64,000 nucleotides of DNA from Clostridia bacterium (GCA_009929525.1 SAAH01000003.1:13650-77649); one strand, 5' to 3'; counted from the stretch's first letter, positions 21,038 to 30,401 are shown. A program made the numbers and translations. The notes: generated from the sequence alone by a model not told the origin.

Positions 21038-21874
21038 ATGACAGAATGGTTAAATTTACTTGCTGAGATGATACAACGATATAGGTGGATAGCTCCGCTT
21101 CTGGCACTGGCTGCGGGTCTGCTCACATCGATTACTCCATGCTCCCTGTCGAGCATCCCTATGGCTATCGCCTATGTGGGTGGATCTGCAAAGAAAGATA
21201 CAAAGAAAGCATTTCGATTATCTCTTACTATGGCGGTTGGGTTAGCACTTACATTTTTAGTGTTCGGTTCACTGGCTTCTGTGATAGGACATTATATGCA
21301 TGAGATAGGAACCTGGTGGTATGTATTTCTTGGGATCATCATGATATTGATGGCACTGCAGATCTGGGGTGTGATCCATATTATACCGAATCATCCTCAT
21401 GATTATGGAAAAGGAAATCCTCATGAGGAACATGGGTGCGAATGCCACGACCACAGTCATCATCATGAACATGAGCATGAGCATAAGCACGAGCATCCTA
21501 CACACTGTGATGAGGCTGGCGGACAGTGTCACTGCGGTCCGAAAGTGAGCAAAAGAGGGTATCTGGGAGCCTTGTTAGCAGGTATGCTCAGTGGTGCAGT
21601 CGCTTCTCACTGCTCTACACCGGTGATGATAGCACTCCTTGCGATGGCAGCTCAGTCCGGCAGTACGTTTTGGGGAATCTTCCTTCTGGCGATGTTTGCT
21701 GTTGGCCATAGTATCCTTTTGGTGGCAGCAGGAACAAGCTATAGTGTGGTGGAAGGCTGGATGTATAATCCTAAATATGAAAAGATCAGCAAAAATCTCC
21801 GTACGATCATGGGAGTATTGATCCTGGTGATAGGCTTCGCTATGATCTATATGGCATTTTTCTATGAGGCATAA
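21038..21874 (+). CDS. CcdA/DsbD-fold integral membrane protein with a His/Cys-rich loop
   Basis: TM1 LLTSITPCSLSSIP and a later SHCSTPVMIAL match the two conserved Cys-Pro TM motifs of CcdA. A central insert reads HPHDYGKGNPHEEHGCECHDHSHHHEHEHEHKHEHPTHCDEAGGQCHCGP. Confidence 0.7.
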   Translation: MTEWLNLLAEMIQRYRWIAPLLALAAGLLTSITPCSLSSIPMAIAYVGGSAKKDTKKAFRLSLTMAVGLALTFLVFGSLASVIGHYMHEIGTWWYVFLGIIMILMALQIWGVIHIIPNHPHDYGKGNPHEEHGCECHDHSHHHEHEHEHKHEHPTHCDEAGGQCHCGPKVSKRGYLGALLAGMLSGAVASHCSTPVMIALLAMAAQSGSTFWGIFLLAMFAVGHSILLVAAGTSYSVVEGWMYNPKYEKISKNLRTIMGVLILVIGFAMIYMAFFYEA

Positions 21875-21882
21875 TACGTACT

Positions 21883-21931
21883 AAAAATCCCCCAACTCTT
21901 TGCATATTGCAAAAAAGTTGGGGGATTTTTC
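21883..21931. terminator. bidirectional intrinsic terminator between convergent genes
   Basis: AAAAATCCCCCAACT (21883-21897) pairs with AGTTGGGGGATTTTT (21916-21930). There are A/T tracts on both sides. Confidence 0.8.
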
Positions 21932-21943
21932 AATCCGTATCTG

Positions 21944-22603
21944 TTAAACAATAAAATTGCGGCAGCATTCCTCAAACTCATGAAAGAATGCCTCAGCATG
22001 ATACCCGTCATTGACAGCATGATGGAATTCCGCTGTCACAGGCATCTTGATCCGTTCCCCGTCTTCATAATATTTTCCAATCATGATAAATGGAATATAA
22101 CTGGTGTTCGGGGTTCCATAATGGGTGAAGGATGCCGGTTTTGAATAGCTGAGCGAAGAGAAGCTGGTGTTTGGCATGATCGAGATGTGGACATTGTCCA
22201 TATCGTCGCTCGTGTCGAAGTACAGGCGGTCTCCAGCCTCGGCTTTTTCTTTGTCCAGAAGAAACTCCTTATAGAATTCGGAAAATTCTTCTTTGTAAAA
22301 TGTACGCTGATGGGTAAACAGATGGTCGGAAGCGGTGCGAAGCACAGTATAATGTGCATTAACCTTTTCCCAATATCCAATCTTGCCATCAACCTTTGCA
22401 TATCGATAATCCTGATGCTCATTGACTGTTTTTACAATACAGTAGCAGATGGATGGATAGAACTTGTAATGATTTTTGTGGATCATATTAAGAAATTCTG
22501 TCACATCAAGCTGGACTGTCATACAGTACATATAGCCGTTAAACGCATCAAAGATCTCACGGCGATCCCAAGTATCAAAATCAATAGGATGAAAAGGATT
22601 CAT
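21944..22603 (-). CDS. cat: type A chloramphenicol O-acetyltransferase family protein
   Basis: 219 aa. N-terminus MNPFHPIDFDTWDRREIFD and catalytic-His signature HHAVNDGYH (CAT consensus HHAVCDG[FY]H). RBS AAGGAGG. Confidence 0.85.
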   Translation of the reverse strand: MNPFHPIDFDTWDRREIFDAFNGYMYCMTVQLDVTEFLNMIHKNHYKFYPSICYCIVKTVNEHQDYRYAKVDGKIGYWEKVNAHYTVLRTASDHLFTHQRTFYKEEFSEFYKEFLLDKEKAEAGDRLYFDTSDDMDNVHISIMPNTSFSSLSYSKPASFTHYGTPNTSYIPFIMIGKYYEDGERIKMPVTAEFHHAVNDGYHAEAFFHEFEECCRNFIV

Positions 22604-22620
22604 GATATCCTCCTTTATGC

Positions 22621-23346
22621 TTACAGTAAGGAAGCAGTAGCCTCATCAATAACGATAGTAACATCAGAATGCAGCTGTAAGATAGAAGCTGGAACCTGTG
22701 GAAGGACTGGTCCGAAAAATGCTTTTTTAACGATCTCAGCTTTGTCTTTTCCGCTTGCAACAAGAAGAATCCTTCTTGCCTGCATGATGGTGCCAACACC
22801 CATAGTATAAGCCTGTGTTGGTACATCTTCCATTTTTTCGAAGAAACGTGCATTTGCCTGGATCGTGCTTTCGGTCAGATCAACGCAGTGGGTAAACTTT
22901 GGAAATTCATCTGCTGGTTCATTGAATCCGATATGTCCGTTGTGGCCAAGACCGAGAAGCTGAAGATCCATGCCGCCATAACTTTTTACGATTGCTTCGT
23001 AGTCTGTACATGCTTTGTCAGAATCAGGCTCTGTTCCGTCTGGTACATGTGTCTGATCAAGATTGATATTTACATGTTTGAACAGATGATTCATCATGAA
23101 ATAATAGTAACTCTGATCATTATCATGGTCTAATCCACGATACTCATCCAGGTTCACTGTGGAAACTTCAGAAAAGTCCAAGTCACCTTTCTTATACCAT
23201 TCGATCAGTTTGTCATAGGTTCCGATAGGCGTGGATCCTGTTGCAAGTCCAAGCACACAGTCAGGTTTTGTAATGATCTGGGCAGAAATGATATTTGCAG
23301 CTTTGCGGCTCATATCATCATAGTCTTTTGTTATAATGATTCTCAT
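22621..23346 (-). CDS. nagB: glucosamine-6-phosphate deaminase
   Basis: MRIIITKDYDDMSRKAA..., GLATGSTP and LLGLGHNGHIGFNEP motifs are typical of NagB. Confidence 0.92.
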   Translation of the reverse strand: MRIIITKDYDDMSRKAANIISAQIITKPDCVLGLATGSTPIGTYDKLIEWYKKGDLDFSEVSTVNLDEYRGLDHDNDQSYYYFMMNHLFKHVNINLDQTHVPDGTEPDSDKACTDYEAIVKSYGGMDLQLLGLGHNGHIGFNEPADEFPKFTHCVDLTESTIQANARFFEKMEDVPTQAYTMGVGTIMQARRILLVASGKDKAEIVKKAFFGPVLPQVPASILQLHSDVTIVIDEATASLL

Positions 23347-23498
23347 TGGAGTAATCCCCCTTTTATTTTGTTTGTGTAACTACTGATGGTGTTTATAGCT
23401 ACTGTTTATTATATTATTAAGCTATCGTATTTGAACCGAAAAAGCAAGAGATAATCCGTCAGTAAAAAAAGTTGAAAGTTCTTCCAGAAAATGCACGC

Positions 23499-24386
23499 CT
23501 AATCAGCCAGTGCCTTGATGGATGAGGCATATTCTGAAGGAGACATACCTGTGATCTTCTTGAACTGTCTGGAAAAATAATGGATCGAGGTATATCCGAG
23601 GTAATCGGATATCTGAGTGAAATTCTCCCGGTCTTCCCGGATGAGCTGCTTTGCCATTTCTATCTTCATATGAGAAAAATAATCGATCACGCCGCATTGA
23701 TTTTCTTCGCGAAACAGCTTCTGAAGTTGGGAGCGTCCCACCAGATTGGCCTGACATATCTCTTCAATAGTAAGTCTTTCACATATATGTGTTTCAAGAT
23801 AAGAGGTGACACGGGAATAAAGCAGGGCATCATTTTTTTTCTTGACTGATTTTACAGTGGGAGCGGGTCGTTGTCCGCTGTTTATCCGGCGGATCATGGA
23901 TATCATCAGCAGTTCCATGTGGATTTTTATCATCTGTTCGCAGCCAAAGGGGGCATCCTCTTTTCTGTCCATCTTCTGAGTATATGGATTATCAAGACAT
24001 GTTGCGATGCACTGTTTGGCCTCAGAGATGATCTTGGCCAACAGAGTACGTTCATTTTCCCCGATAGAAGTGATAAGACCCTCAAAATATTTCATGCATG
24101 GCGAATCACATTCAAAAGCAATGACTACCAGGTTGGGAGCAATCTTTCCGTTTGAATTGACATTGTGAAATTCATTTGGTTTATGAAAGATGATCTGTCC
24201 CTTTGTAAGTGTGTGGTGGGTATGTCCGGCTACAACTTCGACTTCACCTTTATCCACACATAAAAATTCCCAGAAATTATGAGATTCTCCCGGAAAATGA
24301 TAGGTGCTCGTATACTCAAAATAATGTATCGTAATAATCTTTGATATGATCAGTTCTTCTTTTAGGGTAAGACTTTCAAATGCCAT
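23499..24386 (-). CDS. AraC-family transcriptional regulator (cupin sensor plus HTH)
   Basis: N-terminal cupin-like domain (FHKPNEFHNV) and C-terminal AraC HTH (YLGYTSIHYFSRQFKKITGMSPSEY). Confidence 0.88.
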   Translation of the reverse strand: MAFESLTLKEELIISKIITIHYFEYTSTYHFPGESHNFWEFLCVDKGEVEVVAGHTHHTLTKGQIIFHKPNEFHNVNSNGKIAPNLVVIAFECDSPCMKYFEGLITSIGENERTLLAKIISEAKQCIATCLDNPYTQKMDRKEDAPFGCEQMIKIHMELLMISMIRRINSGQRPAPTVKSVKKKNDALLYSRVTSYLETHICERLTIEEICQANLVGRSQLQKLFREENQCGVIDYFSHMKIEMAKQLIREDRENFTQISDYLGYTSIHYFSRQFKKITGMSPSEYASSIKALAD

Positions 24387-24491
24387 GATTCTCCTCCTGA
24401 TATAAAGTGCACAAATTCTTCACTGCAAACGGGACAGCCTAGATACATACATTATAGAGGATTAAAGTTCAAAATGCTATGGTAAAAAACA

Positions 24492-24546
24492 ATTGTGTAA
24501 ATAAAAGTGAGTTAATAGTACAAACAAAAGTAAATATTGTGTAAAT
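24492..24546. promoter_or_regulatory. pair of perfect 11-bp direct repeats ATTGTGTAAAT, candidate AraC-type operator
   Basis: Copies at 24492-24502 and 24536-24546 (44-bp periodicity) in the divergent araC/nucleotidyltransferase intergenic region. Confidence 0.4.
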
Positions 24547-24630
24547 CCAAAGATAAAGAAAAGTGATACTCTGTATATATCAACGGGAGACAAAAGCAAA
24601 TGCAATAGAGTCGAAAGGATGGGTAAAAAG

Positions 24631-25557
24631 ATGATGAAAAAACCGGTATTAGTAATTATGGCAGCAGGGATGGGAAGTCGTTACGGTGGATTAAAACAGA
24701 TCGACCCGATCGATCCGCAGGGACATATCATAATGGATTTTTCTATATATGATGCGAAGAAGGCCGGATTTGAGGAAGTAATCTTTATAATAAAGAAGGA
24801 AAATGAAAAAGACTTTAAAGAATGTATCGGAGACCGGATCAGCAAAATCATGAAAGTATCCTATGTATATCAGGATCTTAATAATCTGCCGGCAGGATAT
24901 CAGGTGCCGGAAGGAAGAGTGAAACCATGGGGGACGGGGCATGCTGTGTTAAGCTGTCTTGGAACCTTAGATGCACCATTTGCAGTTATCAATGCAGATG
25001 ATTATTACGGAAGCCATGCATTTAAGATGATCTATGATTTCCTGACTACGCATGAAGATAACGAAAAATATCATTACACCATGGTAGGTTATGTGTTGGA
25101 GAACACGCTTACAGAAAATGGTCACGTAGCAAGAGGCGTGTGTGTGACAGACGAGCAGGGGTATCTGCAGGGTATCAATGAGTGGACAAGAATCGAAAAG
25201 CGTCCTGACGGAGCAGCTTATACAGAGGATGATGGAGCTACCTGGATATCTATCCCGGAGGGAAGCACCGTGTCCATGAATATGTGGGGATTCTCAGCAA
25301 GTCTGCTGAAAGAATTGAACGAACGTTTTGAAGCATTTTTAAAGGAAGCTATGAAAACGAATCCTATGAAAGGCGAGTATTTCCTGCCTTCCGTAGTAGG
25401 TGAACTGCTGGCAGAGGGAAAAGCAGATGTACAGGTGCTGAAATCTCTGGACAAATGGTATGGTGTTACATATAAGGAAGATAAACCGGTAGTAGTAAAT
25501 GCTATCTGTAAGATGAAAGAAGAAGGAAAATATCCGGAAAAACTTTGGGAGGAGTAA
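24631..25557 (+). CDS. sugar-1-phosphate nucleotidyltransferase
   Basis: N-terminal nucleotide-binding loop VIMAAGMGSRYGGLKQ (GxGxR). ~310 aa. Start ATG 24631 (AAAGGA 24615-24620). Confidence 0.7.
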   Translation: MMKKPVLVIMAAGMGSRYGGLKQIDPIDPQGHIIMDFSIYDAKKAGFEEVIFIIKKENEKDFKECIGDRISKIMKVSYVYQDLNNLPAGYQVPEGRVKPWGTGHAVLSCLGTLDAPFAVINADDYYGSHAFKMIYDFLTTHEDNEKYHYTMVGYVLENTLTENGHVARGVCVTDEQGYLQGINEWTRIEKRPDGAAYTEDDGATWISIPEGSTVSMNMWGFSASLLKELNERFEAFLKEAMKTNPMKGEYFLPSVVGELLAEGKADVQVLKSLDKWYGVTYKEDKPVVVNAICKMKEEGKYPEKLWEE

Positions 25558-25562
25558 GAAAA

Positions 25563-26666
25563 ATGGGAGCGATCACACAGGAGGAATTGGCAGTTGTTGT
25601 AAGAAATTTTACACTGGAAGGAGAAATCAACAACATCTGCCCTTATGGAAGCGGCCACATTAATGACACATTTCGTTTGAGTATGAATCAGGATGGAAAA
25701 GAAAAAAGCTATATACTTCAGCGGATGAATGGAGAAATATTCAAAAACAGAGAGGAACTGATGGAGAATATTACCAGTGTTACCAGTTTCCTGAAAGAAA
25801 AGATCCTTGCCCAGGGAGGCAATCCTGACAGAGAAACACTGCAGATCATACCGACAAAAGATGGAAAGTCTTACTATACAGAGAAAGATGGAGACGGATG
25901 GAGGATTTATCCATTTATCACAGATACCATAAGCTTTGATCTGGCAGAAAATGCGGAGGATTTTAACAGAAGCGGATATGCATTTGGCAATTTCCAGTAT
26001 CTGTTGGCTGACTTTCCGGCAAAGAAACTTCATGAGACGATCGTAAACTTCCATAACACAGTGGATCGTTTTGCAAAGTTCAAAAAAGCAGTGGACGAAG
26101 ATATTATGGGCAGAGCAAAGGATGTACAGCCTGAGATACAGTTTATCCTTGATCGTGAAAAAGACTGCCATTTTTTTGGAGATCTTCTTGCCAATGAGGA
26201 AGTACCGCTCCGTGTAACACATAATGATACAAAACTTAATAATGTTCTTTTTGACAAAGAGAGCAAAAAAGCAATCTGTGTTATTGATCTTGATACTGTT
26301 ATGCCGGGATTTGCTGCCCATGATTTTGGGGATGCCATTCGTTTTGGTGCAAGTACAGCAGTGGAGGATGAGCAGGATCTGGAGAAAGTATCCTGTGATA
26401 TGACATTATTCGAAGCATATTTTGATGGTTTCATGGAGGGATGCAGAGGAAGCCTTACAAAACGTGAGGTGGAGACACTTCCTATGGGAGCTAAGATCAT
26501 GACATTTGAGTGTGGGATGAGGTTTCTGACAGATTATCTTGAAGGAGATGTATATTTTAAGATACATCGAAAAGGACATAACCTGGATCGTACCAGAACA
26601 CAGCTTAAACTGGTAAAAGATATGGAAGATAAATGGGACATCATGGAAAAAATTGTTAATAAGTAA
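25563..26666 (+). CDS. nahK: APH-fold sugar kinase resembling N-acetylhexosamine 1-kinase
   Basis: N-terminus ...FTLEGEINNICPYGSGHINDTFRL parallels Bifidobacterium NahK (from memory). Catalytic loop HNDTKLNN and IDLDT metal-binding motif. ATG 25563 follows GGGAGGAG. Confidence 0.65.
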   Translation: MGAITQEELAVVVRNFTLEGEINNICPYGSGHINDTFRLSMNQDGKEKSYILQRMNGEIFKNREELMENITSVTSFLKEKILAQGGNPDRETLQIIPTKDGKSYYTEKDGDGWRIYPFITDTISFDLAENAEDFNRSGYAFGNFQYLLADFPAKKLHETIVNFHNTVDRFAKFKKAVDEDIMGRAKDVQPEIQFILDREKDCHFFGDLLANEEVPLRVTHNDTKLNNVLFDKESKKAICVIDLDTVMPGFAAHDFGDAIRFGASTAVEDEQDLEKVSCDMTLFEAYFDGFMEGCRGSLTKREVETLPMGAKIMTFECGMRFLTDYLEGDVYFKIHRKGHNLDRTRTQLKLVKDMEDKWDIMEKIVNK

Positions 26667-26674
26667 TATTTTAG

Positions 26675-26727
26675 GGGAGTGTATCTGCACGATATATGTG
26701 TAAATACGCTCCCTGATTTGTTTTTTT
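26675..26727 (+). terminator. intrinsic terminator after the kinase gene
   Basis: GGGAGTGTAT (26675-26684) pairs with ATACGCTCCC (26704-26713) with one U-G, then TGATTTGTTTTTTT. Confidence 0.7.
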
Positions 26728-26759
26728 CGAAAAACATTCCATGATTTTTTCGCAAAAAA

Positions 26760-26788
26760 TAGACAGGATTCTTAAAGCGTGATATAAT
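26760..26788 (+). promoter_or_regulatory. sigma-A-type promoter of the PFOR gene
   Basis: TAGACA (26760-26765), 17-nt spacer, TATAAT (26783-26788). Confidence 0.55.
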
Positions 26789-26873
26789 CATGCATAAGGG
26801 TTAAATTATGCGCAGCTATGAATAGGTTATAGCTGCAATTAAGTTTTTAATTCAATTCAAGGAGGAAATAAGA

Positions 26874-29800
26874 ATGGCAAGAAAAATGAAAACCATGGAT
26901 GGTAATCATGCTGCCGCTCATGCATCTTATGCATATTCCGATGTAGCAGCCATTTACCCAATTACTCCATCATCTGTTATGGCAGAAGCTACAGATGAAT
27001 GGGCAACCCAGGGAAGAAAGAATATCTTTGGACAGGAAGTTCAGGTAACAGAAATGCAGTCTGAGGCAGGTGCAGCAGGTGCAGTTCACGGTTCTCTGGC
27101 AGCAGGCGCTTTGACAACAACTTATACAGCTTCTCAGGGTCTTCTGCTGATGATTCCAAACCTTTACAAAATCGCTGGAGAGCAGCTGCCAGGCGTATTT
27201 AACGTATCCGCTCGTGCTCTTGCTAGCCATGCGTTATCTATTTTCGGAGATCACTCCGATGTATATGCCTGCCGTCAGACAGGTGTAGCTATGTTGTGCG
27301 AATCTTCCGTACAGGAAGTTATGGACTTAACTCCAGTTGCACATCTGGCATCTCTTAAAGGAAAAGTTCCGTTCATCAACTTCTTTGATGGATTCCGTAC
27401 TTCTCATGAGATCCAGAAGATCGAAACTTGGGATTACGAAGATCTGAAAGATATGGCAGATATGGACATCATCGATGCATTCCGTAAGAACGCACTGAAT
27501 CCAAATCATCCATGTCAGAGAGGTTCAGCTCAGAACCCGGATATCTTCTTCCAGGCAAGAGAAGCTTGTAACTCTTATTACGATGCTCTTCCAGCTATCG
27601 TAGAAGAATACATGGACAAAGTAAATGCAAAACTTGGTACAGATTACAAACTGTTCAACTACTATGGCGCTGCTGATGCAGAAAAAGTTATCGTAGCTAT
27701 GGGTTCTGTAAATGATACTATTGAAGAGACAATCGATTATTTGTTAGCAGCAGGCGAGAAAGTCGGCGTTATCAAAGTTCGTCTGTACAGACCATTCTGT
27801 GCACAGGCTTTAGTTGATGCTATTCCTGAGACTGTAAAACAGATCACTGTTCTCGACAGAACAAAAGAGCCAGGAGCACTTGGCGAGCCTCTGTATCTTG
27901 ACGTTGTTGCTGCACTGAAAGGCACAAAGTTCAATGATACACCAATCTTTACAGGTCGTTATGGTCTTGGATCAAAAGACACAACTCCTGCACAGATCGT
28001 TGCTGTATACAACAATACAGAAAAACAGAAATTCACGATCGGTATCGTAGATGATGTTACAAATCTCTCTCTGGAAACAGGAGCTCCTCTGGTTACAACT
28101 CCAGAAGGAACTATCAACTGTAAGTTCTGGGGTCTGGGTGCTGACGGTACTGTAGGTGCTAACAAGAACTCCATCAAGATCATTGGTGACAATACCGATA
28201 TGTACGCTCAGGCATACTTCGATTATGACTCCAAAAAATCCGGTGGTGTTACAATGTCTCACCTTCGTTTCGGTAAAAAAGCGATCAAATCTACATACCT
28301 GATCCATAAAGCTAACTTTGTAGCTTGCCATAATCCTTCCTATGTTAACAAATATAACATGGTTCAGGAGCTGGTTGATGGTGGTACATTCCTGCTGAAC
28401 TGTCCTTGGGACATGGAAGGTCTGGAAAAACATCTGCCAGGACAGGTTAAAGCATTTATCGCTAACCATAACATTAAGTTCTATGTAATTGATGGTGTTA
28501 AGATCGGTATCGAAACTGGTATGGGCCCAACACGTATCAATACTATTCTTCAGTCTGCATTCTTCAAACTGGCTGATATCATTCCAGAGACTCAGGCTAT
28601 CGACCTGATGAAAGCAGCAGCTAAAGCTACTTACGGACGTAAGGGTGATGATGTAGTTGCTAAGAACTGGGCAGCTATCGACGAAGGAGCTAAACAGGTT
28701 GTTGAGATCCAGGTTCCAGAAAGCTGGAAAAATGCTGAGGACGAAGGACTTACAATGACTCATGCAACAAGCGGAAGACAGGAAGCTATCGATTTTGTTA
28801 ACAATATCCAGGCTAAAGTTTCTGCTCAGGAAGGTAACAACCTGCCTGTATCTGCATTCAAAGATTATGTTGATGGAACTACACCATCAGGTACATCTGC
28901 ATACGAGAAACGTGGTATCGCAGTAAACGTTCCTGTATGGAATCCGGAAAACTGTATCCAGTGTAACCGTTGCGCATATGTATGTCCGCATGCAGCTATC
29001 CGTCCGGTTGCTATGACTGCTGAAGAAGCAGCAAATGCACCTGCATCTTTAGAGATGACAGGACTGAAAGAATACAAATTTGCTATGGCTGTATCTGTAC
29101 TGGATTGTACCGGATGTGGTTCTTGTGCAAATGTTTGCCCAGGCAAGAAAGGTGCTAAAGCACTGGCTATGGAAAACCTGGAAGCAAATCTGGAAGCTCA
29201 GAAGTTCTTCGATTACGCTGTTACTCTTGATGAGAAAAAAGATGTTATCGAGAAATTCAAAGAAAATACAGTTAAAGGTTCTCAGTTCAAACAGCCTCTG
29301 TTAGAGTTCTCAGGAGCTTGTGCAGGTTGTGGTGAGACACCTTACGCAAAACTGATCACACAGCTGTTCGGTGACAGAATGTACATCGCTAATGCAACAG
29401 GATGTTCTTCTATCTGGGGTAACTCCTCACCGTCCACACCTTACACAATGAACTCTAAAGGACAGGGTCCAGCTTGGTCTAACTCACTGTTCGAAGATAA
29501 CGCAGAGTTCGGTTATGGTATGCTGTTAGCTCAGAAAGCTATCCGTGATGGTTTAAAAGCTAAAGTTGAATCCGTAATGGCAAGCGACAAAGCTTCTGAT
29601 GAAGTAAAAGCTGCTTGTAAAGAATGGATCGACACATTCAGCGTTGGTGCTACTAACGGTGCAGCTACAGATAAACTGGTTGCAGCATTAGAAGGATGCG
29701 ACTGCGATACATGCAAAGACATCGTTAACAACAAAGATTTCCTGGCTAAGAAATCCCAGTGGATCTTCGGTGGTGACGGATGGGCTTACGATATCGGATT

Positions 29801-30401
29801 CGGTGGTGTTGACCACGTATTAGCTAGTGGAAAAGACATCAACGTAATGGTATTCGATACAGAAGTATATTCTAACACAGGTGGACAGTTCTCCAAATCT
29901 ACTCCTACTGGAGCAATCGCTCAGTTCGCAGCAGGCGGAAAAGAAACCAAGAAGAAAGATATGGCATCTATCGCTATGTCCTATGGTTATGTATATGTAG
30001 CTCAGATCTCCATGGGTGCTGACTTTAACCAGACAGTTAAAGCTATCGCAGAAGCAGAAGCTTATCCGGGACCATCCCTGATCATCGCTTACGCTCCATG
30101 TATCAACCATGGTATCAAGAAAGGTATGAGCAAAGCTCAGACCGAAGAAGAATTGGCAGTTAAGAGTGGTTACTGGCACAACTTCCGCTTCAACCCAGAA
30201 GCAGACAGCAAGTTCACTCTGGATTCCAAAGCTCCTACAGAAGATTATCAGGCATTCCTGGATGGCGAAGTTCGTTACAATTCTCTGAAACGTTCTAACC
30301 CAGAAAAAGCTGCTAGACTGTTCGCTCTGAATGAGGCTCAGGCTAAAGCAAGATACGAGTACCTGAACAAGTTGATTACTCTGTATGGTAGTGAAGAATA
30401 A
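26874..30401 (+). CDS. nifJ: pyruvate:ferredoxin (flavodoxin) oxidoreductase
   Basis: 1175-aa single-chain PFOR. N-terminus MDGNHAAAHASYAYSDVAAIYPITPSS, ferredoxin motifs CIQCNRCAYVCP and CTGCGSCANVCP, and TPP motif GGDGWAYDIG. Confidence 0.95.
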   Translation: MARKMKTMDGNHAAAHASYAYSDVAAIYPITPSSVMAEATDEWATQGRKNIFGQEVQVTEMQSEAGAAGAVHGSLAAGALTTTYTASQGLLLMIPNLYKIAGEQLPGVFNVSARALASHALSIFGDHSDVYACRQTGVAMLCESSVQEVMDLTPVAHLASLKGKVPFINFFDGFRTSHEIQKIETWDYEDLKDMADMDIIDAFRKNALNPNHPCQRGSAQNPDIFFQAREACNSYYDALPAIVEEYMDKVNAKLGTDYKLFNYYGAADAEKVIVAMGSVNDTIEETIDYLLAAGEKVGVIKVRLYRPFCAQALVDAIPETVKQITVLDRTKEPGALGEPLYLDVVAALKGTKFNDTPIFTGRYGLGSKDTTPAQIVAVYNNTEKQKFTIGIVDDVTNLSLETGAPLVTTPEGTINCKFWGLGADGTVGANKNSIKIIGDNTDMYAQAYFDYDSKKSGGVTMSHLRFGKKAIKSTYLIHKANFVACHNPSYVNKYNMVQELVDGGTFLLNCPWDMEGLEKHLPGQVKAFIANHNIKFYVIDGVKIGIETGMGPTRINTILQSAFFKLADIIPETQAIDLMKAAAKATYGRKGDDVVAKNWAAIDEGAKQVVEIQVPESWKNAEDEGLTMTHATSGRQEAIDFVNNIQAKVSAQEGNNLPVSAFKDYVDGTTPSGTSAYEKRGIAVNVPVWNPENCIQCNRCAYVCPHAAIRPVAMTAEEAANAPASLEMTGLKEYKFAMAVSVLDCTGCGSCANVCPGKKGAKALAMENLEANLEAQKFFDYAVTLDEKKDVIEKFKENTVKGSQFKQPLLEFSGACAGCGETPYAKLITQLFGDRMYIANATGCSSIWGNSSPSTPYTMNSKGQGPAWSNSLFEDNAEFGYGMLLAQKAIRDGLKAKVESVMASDKASDEVKAACKEWIDTFSVGATNGAATDKLVAALEGCDCDTCKDIVNNKDFLAKKSQWIFGGDGWAYDIGFGGVDHVLASGKDINVMVFDTEVYSNTGGQFSKSTPTGAIAQFAAGGKETKKKDMASIAMSYGYVYVAQISMGADFNQTVKAIAEAEAYPGPSLIIAYAPCINHGIKKGMSKAQTEEELAVKSGYWHNFRFNPEADSKFTLDSKAPTEDYQAFLDGEVRYNSLKRSNPEKAARLFALNEAQAKARYEYLNKLITLYGSEE

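Noticed and set aside
25218-26321. 367-codon ORF on the - strand spanning the nucleotidyltransferase and kinase genes
   Set aside because: It is antisense to two ORFs with clear catalytic motifs and good RBSs. Its translation is low-complexity (F/I/K/C-rich), has no motif and no RBS. This is a typical shadow ORF.
27972-28763. 263-codon - strand ORF inside the PFOR gene. Similar long antisense ORFs occur at 47772-48500, 40781-41410, 13229-13816, 34715-35281 and 22187-22810.
   Set aside because: All lie antisense to genes with strong family signatures and show the skewed composition expected of shadow frames. None has a credible start context.
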